Notes under the pieces: generated by a model
The model's input: only the letters and a program-made list of their open reading frames with translations
The model's database searches: none
What the model was told of the DNA's origin: nothing
Shown here: positions 19,780 through 29,693 of the stretch, one piece after another
Position numbering within the stretch: position 1 is the stretch's first letter
Layout of the letters: each line of letters begins with the position of its first letter
Translations under genes and position numbers: made by a program
Source of the DNA: Cyanophora paradoxa CCMP329
Taxonomy: Eukaryota; Plantae; Glaucophyta
Direction: 5' to 3'
DNA length: 30,756 nt
Assembly (NCBI GenBank): GCA_004431415.1
Contig: QPMI01000037.1
Span: 1-30,756 of the forward strand

Positions 19780-20070
19780 TTAAATTCGATCCAAGGATTG
19801 GTAGGCAACTGAAAGTGATTGAAGGTTGGATGTCATCGCTTTGAGGTTAGAATCACATTCACCATATTTTTTTACTGGGTCACCATGAGCCGATTGCGCA
19901 AGGACATTAACCAAGAGGTTTTTATACTCATTTACAACTGGTGAGAGCTTGTTAGTTTGCTGAATCGTTTTTTCAACTGTTTGTAATGCGTTTACAAGGG
20001 TGATTGTATCGAAAGAAAGCGCAACAGGCTCAGTTGAATAGGTGGTTCCACCAAGAGGATAGGTCGCCAT
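19780..20070 (-). CDS. Hypothetical 96-aa helical protein
   Basis: ATG-initiated ORF that fills the gap between co-oriented genes, 3 bp from the upstream stop. Confidence 0.6.
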   Translation of the reverse strand: MATYPLGGTTYSTEPVALSFDTITLVNALQTVEKTIQQTNKLSPVVNEYKNLLVNVLAQSAHGDPVKKYGECDSNLKAMTSNLQSLSVAYQSLDRI

Positions 20071-20073
20071 TTA

Positions 20074-23000
20074 TTATACTGTGACATTTTTAATTTGGTC
20101 TATTTGATCCTGTAGATCTTTGCATTTTTGGGACAACTCCTTCACAGCTTCAATGAGAACTGGAATTAAACCTGTGTATTCAAGAGATAGGTAGCCATCG
20201 TCTTTTTTAACATTAACTACCTCTGGTATTACCTTTTGAACATCTTGTGCAATTAAACCTAATTTAACTCCATCTTTTTCACTTCCAATTCGTTTAAAAC
20301 TCACTCCCTCTAATTTCTCTATTGCTGAAAGAGCGCCGGATATCTTTTTAATATCGGTTTTGTATCTTATGTCACTTCCTTGTGTTAAATAACCTCCAAT
20401 CCACATCCATCCTCCATGATACATGTAACAAATATCAGTATCTTGTTCATTTCGGAATACAAGGGGAATATCTCCCCTCCTTTCAAATATGTAGAATTTT
20501 GGTTACCGAAATGGATACGATTATATCCATCACTTGAACTAAACCAAGTCCCCACAGATCCTGTTAAGATATTTGGTTTACTATAAACGTTATTCCAATG
20601 AATATAGCCGGTGTGACCACCATAACTATTTCCTACCCAAATTTTCATGTAACTAATACCCATAATATGAACTCTTCCAATCTTTGGTCTAATCCGAATA
20701 GTGAGGAATCTATTTCCAAGATGTATTGGAACATTATTTAAACCACTGTGGTTACCATCAGGCGATGTGGCGTATGGTTGATAACTATTCACTGATGTAA
20801 TAAAAACTTCATTCCCTTGTCTATTAACTCCCCAAATTTCAAAAAGTCGTGAGTTAGTCCAAGGTAAATAGGTTAAAAATGCTGTTCCTGTGTGGTATCC
20901 ATCGGGTATATCGAAGTCAATCCAAGCGGTAGAAGTTTCGTCATCAGATTGATTATTATGGACATATGAACCATAATTATAATATGGATCCCATGCTGTA
21001 CTCCATGCCCATGTCCAACCCTCAGAACATCTATTAAATGCAATACCTCCTACTGTTTTATCTGCTGTGTGAAACTTTGGGACATCATTACCGTTTATTT
21101 GGAGTTTGGTAGTAGCATTAATAGTGGATGCTGTAATAGTATTATTCACCCAAAAGTTACCGTTACCATATGATTTTAAGATTGCTGCATCCGCTGAGTT
21201 TCTAAATTCAATTGACACACCGTCAGCATTCGGTCTCCCTCGTATATATGTGCAATCGCCATTACCAAACCAAATTCGCTCGACTGCATCTACTGATTTT
21301 AACCATGTATTTGTTGGCCATGTTGCTGTTCCTGGGAGGTCTGCGGCTGAGTAAAATGATGGTTTACTAAATACGTTATCCCAAGAGATCATGCCCAATT
21401 CATTATCAGTTGCTCTCTGTCTGCTCCACCCAAAAACACCTGTAAGATGGATTCTACCTTTTCGACCTTGAACATATATTTTTGTGTAAAACTCACAATT
21501 AATAGAGATGAAAAGTATACTAGATTGGGTTCCATCGTGTGCTGATGCTTGAATTCCTTGATATACATTTATACGCCTGAGGAAATGTTGATTTCCATTT
21601 GCTGTTTGACCATAGATGTCGAAATATCTACAATTAGACCAACACATGGTCTGAATATAAAATGTTTTCATTCCTGTGGGGACATTCCACCTCATCCAAC
21701 AACCACTGCAATCTTCATCATTTTGTGGTGTTGTGTAACATCCTATTTGCCCTGTTCTTGCTGTCCAATTGACAGTCCAATTATTTGCGCTTCTATCTGT
21801 CGAAACCACATCTAATTGGTCGAAATCGTAACCTTTTGGTATTGTGGTTCCACCAATTTGTAAAGTGGTAGCATTCACAGTTCCTGTTACAGTTCCACCT
21901 GTAAGAGGTAAATAATTCCCAAGAGCTGCTGTTAATTCGGTATCTGTTACAACATCTGTAAGAGCTAATTGTAATTCTGTATTTGTTACATAATCTTTGT
22001 TTTCTAAATAATCATCTGTAACAACACCAGAGAGGGTCTCATTGTGTAAGTTTTTTGCTGCCATCCTCTGATTGACTTCTAAGGCTCCTCCTGCTAATGT
22101 TTTAATCCAGGACATTTCGCATTTCCCATAGTTATCTGATGGTTGTCCCGCAAGTGGGACATAATTGAATTTGGATCGACTGAATATTATTTTAGGTCTG
22201 GAGCCATCAGTTGCACTGACATCTGTTACATTTACTTGCATAATGGCATCCTTGTCATCATATGCTGCTGGATCAGATGGGAGAGGTGGTAATCCTGATG
22301 TCAATGGGATGTCCTCATTATAATAACTTGTTAAGAAGATGCCTGGTTTGGTATCAATCACCCCAACACCACCTGCTGAAATCATTTGGATTCTTGTTGG
22401 TTGTTTGATGTATAATTCACCTTCCATTGTGGTCCCTGCATCAATGCCTTTTCGATTGACATAATAATCATTTAGTTGTAGCCTTTCAGGTATGGTATTA
22501 CTCTGGTAGAGACTCACACCATTTGTAAAGTCTGTCAAAATATTGCCTGCTGATGAAAACCTGGGCTGCTGGTCGATTTCACTCCAAGGGTGTCTGTGGT
22601 TACTGTTGGTGATCTGGGAATAATCATGAGTATGGGAATCAGGAGGGAATGTTAGTGGTCTATCTGTGATATGCTCCCATAAATGTGTGTGATCAAAATC
22701 TGTGATCTGATCTTTGGTGTGAGTATGTGCGAAATCTGTTATTTGGTCTTTTGTGTGAGTATGGGCGAAATCTGTTATTTGGTCTTTTGTGTGAGTATGG
22801 GCGAAATCTGTTATTTGGTCTTTTGTGTGAGTATGGGCAAAATCTGTGATCTGATCTTTGGTGTGAGTATGGGCGAAATCTGTGATCTGATCTTTTGTGT
22901 GAGTATGGGCGAAATCTGTTATTTGGTCTTTTGTGTGAGTATGGGCGAAATCTGTTATTTGGTCTTTTGTGTGAGTATGGGCGAAATCTGTTATTTGGTC

Positions 23001-26000
23001 TTTTGTGTGAGTATGGGCAAAATCTGTAATCTGGGCTTTTGTGTGAGTGTGATTTTGAATCCAACCTTGAACCACATTAGAGGTTGGATGATGTGGTAAA
23101 TTTGCATTGCTTGTAACTGTAAGGTAATCTATTACAGTATCAGGTGAGGTTATTTTTAATCCTCTGTAAATATTCAGAGTCTGGGTATGAGTGAATCCAT
23201 ATTTTTGTTGAATGTAATACCTCACAGCATTCTTTTCAGAAGTTGTCAAAGCCCTATTGAAAACAATCAACTCGGAAATACCACCATTCACAATATTACC
23301 AAATCCGAAATGATTGACAGTATTATCTGGTAGATAATTTGTTCCTACAAGTGTTTCAATATCTACTCCATTTAACCCGACTGTGTAGCTGCTGGAAGTA
23401 ATTGTTTGGTCAGTGTAATACCATGTATTTATTAAAGAAGGAACCGTAATAACTGGGCGGTTTTGGGATGCTCCATTAATAGTGAACTGGTTCATTCCAA
23501 TAGCAGTAGAAGATGTTGCCCATAATAACAATATCGTGATGGAAAGGCGCTTCTGTAAAGTCTCAAGTGAACTTGCATAGAAGAGGCAGTTGGATGATAT
23601 TTTCCCACAAAGAAAAATGTAAGCCCATTTGAGAAATCAATAGTTCTTGCAGCAGAGGTATATGCATAAAAAGTGCCTGTTGGGTTTGAAACACTAACTT
23701 GGTTGTTGATTTCGGGATTGGTGTAATAGGAACTGGCTCCGGAGATAAACAAGTCTGGAACAACTGAATTCGGGACTCTGCTTACTATAGTTGTATACAT
23801 TGCTGATTGACCTGGTACTCCTGATGCCTTCCAAGCAAAAATGCAGTTCGAGATATTTGATGCTGGATCAAAGCTTGGTGGGACATCATACCATTCTTCG
23901 TAAACCTGATTCATGGTATTGAAATTGCAAGAGCCAATTGTGAGGATTCCATTTACTTTCAAATTGCTGGTCTCTATATTGCTACTGTAAATATTACTAT
24001 TAACTGTGAGGTTTCCTGTGATTGTCCCACCCACAAGAGGGAGATATTTGGATAGTTCTGCTGCAAGTTCAGCTTCTGTAATAAATTGATCAAGCATAGC
24101 AAGGGTTACAAAATTAACAAGGATTACTGCAGTAAGGTAATCCTCTGTGACCACTCTCGAAATGCTCTCATTGTGTATGTTTTTTGCAGCCATTCTTTGA
24201 TTGGCTTCAAGAACCCACCATAATTCGTTTTGATCCATGCAAGCTCTGCCCTCCCATAGTTATCATTTGCAGTTCCCACTATGGGAATGTAGGAATATTT
24301 ATCTCGACTGAAAACTATCATTGGTCTTGAGCCATCTAAACTGCTTACATCTGCAACATGAACCTGTATAGCAGAGTTAAAGTTTTGGTAGGTTGCTGGG
24401 TCTGTTGGGACTCTGAATGTATCTGTGGGAATGTCAGCCTCCATGTAGCTTGACACAAAGATATTTGGTATGGTTGCTCCTGGTTCAGGTGGTGGATTAT
24501 AAGAGCCTGGTAATGTCCTAATATGAAGTGGTCCTCTCATAGCTGAATTTGCAAGTGTCCCATTCACATGTACATAGTGTTCATTCAAAAAGATTCTTTC
24601 TGGGACATTACAAGTCTGATAAAGAGAAACCCCCAAGTTATCAAGAGGCTCCACTTTTGCGAATTCTGGTTGGTCATTAATCTCATCCCAAGTGTGTTCA
24701 TGTTTGATTGGTGGAAATTCTTCTGGTATTCCATCAATTTCTCCCCAATCATGCCTGTGATCCTCTGGTGGATACTTTTGAGGTTTGCCTAAGATCTCAT
24801 CCAATCATGATTGTGATCCTCTGGGGATACTTTGCAGGTTTATTATTAATTTGTTCATAATCAGGAAAGAACTCCCAGATCTCAGGTCGAAATCCATCTG
24901 GTAATAATTCCTCATGGGGTTCATAAGGTTGCTCATAATCAACAACTGGTGGATCATGCCCATCTGGCAAATACTCCTCATCAGGTTCATAGTTCTGCTC
25001 ATACTCAAACTCTTGGGGATCTAAGCCATCTGGTAGTATCTCCTCCTCATTGGGGTCAAACTGATCATATTCATATTCTTGTGGGTCAAAACCATCTGGT
25101 AAATACTCTTCCTCATCTGGAACGAATTGATATTCATCAAGCTCTAATATATCGACTTCAGGAGGTAAATACTGCTCATCTATTTGCTTTCTTGGTTCAA
25201 TTATAGGTTTATTGCGAACTTGCTCCCAACTAACAATGTGTTGCCCAAAGGAACTGTCTCATCTGCTGTGTACTCTCTGCCTGGTTGCTTTTTCGGTGTT
25301 AAATCCGGTGGATCCCATGGAAGAGGGAAGGGAACTGGGACAGGTCCATAATACTCAAAGATCTCTCTTATGGTCTTCTCACTTACAAGCTTCTCACCAT
25401 TTGCATACACATTGCTGCCATGGATATTTCGCCATTGCCTGGTTCGAATTCCAAGGTCTTTCACATTGCTATACAAAGGCAAAAGGTGCCTATCCATTTC
25501 AACAAGATCAGGATGTAAATGGATTGCTACTGGCTGACTGGGCTACTGTTGATTGTAATTGATGGCTTTTTTTGATGGACATCTTTTGGAGTAAAGAACC
25601 AAAAGGCTCATTCCTCGCAAAGTCATATGTTATATCCTTGGGATAGACATCATTTGTGTAGGAGACCTGATTTGTGTTGGCAATGGGACCCACTTGCAAT
25701 ACTTGGGGGACCTCAGCTTTTGCAGTGCTGCCCTCATTGTAAATTCGCAAACCTGTGTTCTGTTTGCCCTGCTCATCTTGAACATTGAAAATCAATCGAC
25801 CACTATCAAACCTGGAAGGTATATCTGGATGAGTGCCACTGGTTTTGAGTTTCCTAGGTCTCCTTCTTGTTGCTTTGATCTCTGCCACTTGGTTTGCTTT
25901 CACATTACCCAAGCTAAAAGCTACACTGACTTCCTCCTTATCTGGATCGGTTTGATTCACAGATAAAGCATGCTCCCTTGATTGAGTCTTGGATGAATTA

Positions 26001-26122
26001 TCGGAACTGTGGTCAATCGAAACTGAACCCTTTACTTTAATATTATCAAAGTTCACATGCTTGGTGCTGCTTGCATTATCATCTTGAATGGTTTCTAGAT
26101 TGGGTGGGTAATTGAAGCTCAT
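20074..26122 (-). CDS. Giant (~2,000 aa) trimeric fibre protein with LamG-like domain, HxH repeats and C-terminal peptidase S74 chaperone; split by ~7 frameshifts
   Basis: ORFs 25508-26122, 25201-25497, an unlisted acidic frame, 24124-24804, 23492-24238, 20385-23531 and 20074-20424 can be joined by small frameshifts. Motifs: LLP..SNVKDLG...RQWRNI, YLPL.GGT.TG (twice), GGISELIVFNRALT..E....YIQQKYG (LamG-like), and SDIRYKTDI...GLIAQDV....PE.V...Y..LIPVLIEAVKEL (S74). The first join (~25540) is the least certain. Confidence 0.8.
22692..23051 (-). repeat. Ten 36-bp coding tandem repeats (HTHTKDQITDFA)
   Basis: 360 bp = 10 x 36, in frame in the fibre gene. Resembles the phage-tail HxH repeat. Confidence 0.97.
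24884..25180 (-). repeat. 66-bp period acidic coding repeat (EE.LPDG..P), 4 units plus 1 degenerate
   Basis: CCATCTGG occurs at 24894, 24960, 25026 and 25092. The minus frame reads EEEYLPDGFDPQEYEYDQFDPNEEEILPDGLDPQEFEYEQNYEPDEEYLPDGHDPP...EELLPDGFRP. Confidence 0.9.
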
Positions 26123-26165
26123 GGCTTTTACTATATGGATTTATAAAATTCCTGATAAGTAAAAG
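26123..26165. promoter_or_regulatory. 43-bp bidirectional intergenic region with inverted AGTAAAAG motifs
   Basis: CTTTTACT (26125-26132) and AGTAAAAG (26158-26165) each lie next to a divergent ATG. The same 8-mer occurs at 19732-19739 before the ATG at 19726. Confidence 0.55.
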
Positions 26166-27709
26166 ATGCCTCAGAAGATCGTTTTAAGTCTTTCTGGCGG
26201 GGGTGCAAGGGGCATTATCATAACCAGGCTGCTCAAAGAAATCGAAAATCGAACTGGAAGGAGAATAATCGATCTTGTGGATCTTGTGAGTGGAACTTCC
26301 ACTGGTGGGATCATTGCAATAGGTTTGAATATCAGGCATCCTGATAAACCAGGTGAACCTAAACTGACAGCAAACGATTTACACAATATTTACCTAACTC
26401 AACTGCCCTTGATTTTCGCAAATCCTCGAAATATCATCGAAAATGCCCTATTTAACACAAAGTATGATGTGGGACCCTTGGAAACTGCAATCAATTCAGT
26501 TACTGGTGAATCACTAATACAGGATTCCCTAAAGGACATTGTGATTACATCCTTTGATACTCAGAATATGAAACCAATATTTATCACAAATGACAACAAC
26601 TACAACTTTATGCCTTGTAAGATTGCTGCTAGGGCTACTTCTGCTGCTCCTACATATTTCTCTCCTGTAAGCATTGTTGATTTCAATCAGGGGTATTTGT
26701 CTGTCTCATTGATGTGCCATTTCTGGAAACAATAATCCAGTGTGTGTGGTTACAGCCATGCAAAGAAAATTTACAGTGATGATGATGATATTATAGTAAT
26801 AAGTATATCTTGTGGAGAGGTGGACCCACATTTAGAGTCTGATTATGTGGGTTATGCTTATGAGACTGTCAACAGCTGGGGCATTCTCTCATGGATTGCC
26901 TCAACAGATGGAAGCCCATTGATTAACATGCTCATGGCTGCAAGTGAGCTTTCTGCCCTTGATAAGATGGAGGAGTTGTTACCCTACAACTATGATCAGG
27001 ATTATGGAGATACTATAGGCTATCAGTCCACTTCCAAATCATATAGTAAGCTCCCTGGATGACACTTCTAAAATCCCAGACATGCTTGCATTCACTGAAA
27101 CATACATTGCAGCAAACAATGATATGATTAATAAGCTTTGCAGCATTCTAGTAGCAAACTATGAATTAAAGAACCCTTCAAAGGCTTACATATCATCCAC
27201 TCTCACTACATCACCTCTTTGGATGCTAATTGGTATCAGCTTGCAGATGATGCCTTTACTGCCTCATCCTCTGTGACAGGTAAAGAGCCTTTCATGGCTA
27301 GACCTTCAGCATTTGGCTGGAAGCTGGAGCCTATGCTCCTGAACAGATATGGGAAACTCCACTGAATACCTTCAAGTTGCTTTCCATATACTTTCGAACT
27401 CTCCTCTGTTATTGCCTATGGTTCAGGGACACAATGCTTTTATTAAGACTTTCAATGTGGCAACATCCACTGATGGGATCAACTGGTCTTTTATTCGATC
27501 AGATGGGCAGAACAAAATATATGTCTGTGAGAACATTAACAATGCTCACAACTCAGGTGATGTTGCTTTATTGAGTGGATTTCCTCTCAGCATCAAGGAT
27601 GCTTTTTACATAGGTTTTTCTTCAGAATCAAGTATATTCGCATTTATCCCTTGTGTATGTGAATGCTCCCACAATGAGAGTGGACTTTACAGGTGCCTTT
27701 ATTCGATAA
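26166..27709 (+). CDS. Patatin-like phospholipase fused to a C-terminal F5/8 type C (discoidin) domain; frameshifted
   Basis: LSLSGGGARG, GTSTG, ARATSAAPTYF, reconstructed IDGA.SGNNNP (one G missing at ~26714), WG...W and LDD. Then TASS, EYLQV.F, VQG, FIKTFNVATSTDGINW, KYIRIYP and MRVDFTG across frames. Confidence 0.8.
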
Positions 27710-28618
27710 ACTCCAACTGAAAAGAATTGTCGATTCCATTCATATCAATCAGTTCACCAAAGTAATCTTTAAACTCCACAGTGAGTTCCTTATCACCAGG
27801 TTTCTGTCATTTATCTGAATGAATTCGGCATGCTCACCACTATGGTAAACATAGCCGCCTATATCTTTACTCAATTGCAGTCTAAGGATTGCCCCTGGTT
27901 ATGTGGTTGCGATTTCGGGATTATATTGTGTCTGCTGGCAAAGGGGACAGCTCTTTAATATGCATGTACAGATACTGCTCAGCATTCATATCAGACATCT
28001 TCCTGCTGTCAAAATAATATTGCAAGGGCTTAGATGAGAGTCTGGGTCCGAAAGGTGGTTCCCATGCTGGGTGATCAGGTGTAATAGGTTTGCCATCATA
28101 CTTTAACAGGTTCTCAGGTCGATAGGGTGATCCACCAACAGGAGGAGTGCTATAATACCCATTGGTGTATTCAGTAGAACTCACACCCAAAGCTTCCCTA
28201 TTCTCTGGTTGCTTGCAATAAAACGAACTCATGGTTACTGTAAAACTCACTTTATAGGTAGTTGGGTTATAGAATATCTTGAACTCAAAGCTACTGTTTT
28301 GCCTGCAATGGTTTGGAAGCTTGAATAGTTCAGCCCATAATTATAAGGGTGTGTTACCCCAAATGACCTGGTTAATGTAGCCACTGGGAAGGGGATACAC
28401 TTTCTGTGTGATGATTTCATTGTATGAACCATCTTGGTAATTAAACTGAACTGTTAGATGATCAGTTCCCACACTGTTATAGATACTGTTTGGAATCTCT
28501 GCATAGAGAACCCTACATTCCCTTGGTCTCTCTACTGGAGTTGTGAGAGTGACCCTGTAAGAGTTTTCATTTTGTCCTTGGCTTCTATCCTGCTATCAAT
28601 ATTAACAAGTCGATTCAT
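27699..28618 (-). CDS. Minor capsid (penton, single jelly-roll) protein 1; frameshifted
   Basis: Restoring one G gives MNRLVNIDSRDRSQG...YRVTLTTPV...VLYAEIPNSIYN...LPSGY. The middle reads EQYLYMHIKEL and the C-terminus ELTVEFKDYFGELIDMNGIDNSFQLEFIE*. These are typical PLV/NCLDV penton motifs. Confidence 0.8.
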
Positions 28619-28647
28619 TTTAATATATAAATATAGATAAAAGAAGA

Positions 28648-29640
28648 ATGCCTGTGGATTACATCGAGGTTAGCTCATTTAATACAATCTCTGGTGATGG
28701 TCCACATCAAGCTTTGTGCTAGACTCCCAGTAGTTATGAGAATGTGAGGGCTGTGAGACTGGTCTCAGCCGAATTTTATAACAGTATCCCTATGGTGAGT
28801 GGTGAAACCAAGCAGGAGATGTGACAGTTGACAATGCATTTAGCATTTATTATTCTGACAAACTCCTGGAGCTGGAAGCTCAGGAATTCCAACAGTTCGC
28901 CCAGCTGCTGACTATGAACAATGGAAACAATTCATTATAAGTCGAAACACCCCATCCAAAGCCACCAGCAACTGGTGAATGTAATTAACTCTAATTCGAA
29001 GGCAGAAATCCCAACCATCCATTCGCTGCAAATGGGATGAATCACTGAAACGAATTATATTCACTCAGCAGTACATTTTACTTGGCTTTCTCAGTAGCTG
29101 TGAACCAAGCAACAAACAATCCAAAGCTGTTGAGTTCAGCTAGACTGCTGGGTCTTGATCCTGGAAGATATGGTAACTCCCCAATCCAATCACAGGTTAT
29201 GATGCTCTCACTGATGGAATCTTTACTGGTGGTCGAGTGAATGGCATTATATCTTCTTTTGAGCCTGAAAGACCAGGGACAGTGTTTTGTTTGTGAGAGT
29301 AAAGGAGCTGGGTGATCTGGTGCAATGTGGGGATGGTCTTCTGACTGGTTACTTTCACAAAATAGTGGTCCCTGATAAAGACTATGGTGAGCATGTTGTT
29401 TACAATTCAACAGAGGCTCATCACTTTATAAATACTATAACAAAAAGGTTGGATTATCCACTTTCTCGGTTGATATTGTAAATGCTATTAATGAACCAAT
29501 TGATTTTGAGGGTCAACCTGTTCTATCTTACTTTGAAATCGCTATGGTGATGAGCCAGCTGGGGACCAGTTTATGAATACTTTAAGATGCGAATGTCACA
29601 GCTTCACCCTTCCTATCCAGTTATTACAAACTTCGCATAA
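28648..29640 (+). CDS. Minor capsid (penton) protein 2; frameshifted, end approximate
   Basis: MPVDYIEVSS...SYENVRAVRLVSAEFYNSI; VFVRVKELG...YFHKIVV; VDIVNAINEPIDFEGQPV. Same motif order as penton 1. Confidence 0.7.
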
Positions 29641-29693
29641 ATTAAGGATCATTGGTAGATTTTTTATGTTGCAGTATTATAAAAGAGAATATA

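Noticed and set aside
20385-20490. Programmed frameshift to attach the S74 domain
   Set aside because: No canonical slippery heptamer; same signature as the many other single-base deletions.
22683-23099. Alternative-frame and antisense ORFs over the 36-bp repeat
   Set aside because: They are shadows of the fibre repeat; variation is synonymous only in the HTHTKDQITDFA frame.
20420-24640. Diversity-generating retroelement TR/VR pair in the duplicated fibre modules
   Set aside because: The duplicates are old protein-level repeats without adenine-specific differences, and no reverse transcriptase is present in the window.
17301-26122. Bacterial prophage interpretation (speD, S74, tail-fibre motifs)
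   Set aside because: The capsid genes are jelly-roll MCP/penton type, no terminase, portal or tail-tube genes are seen, and the flank has spliceosomal introns.
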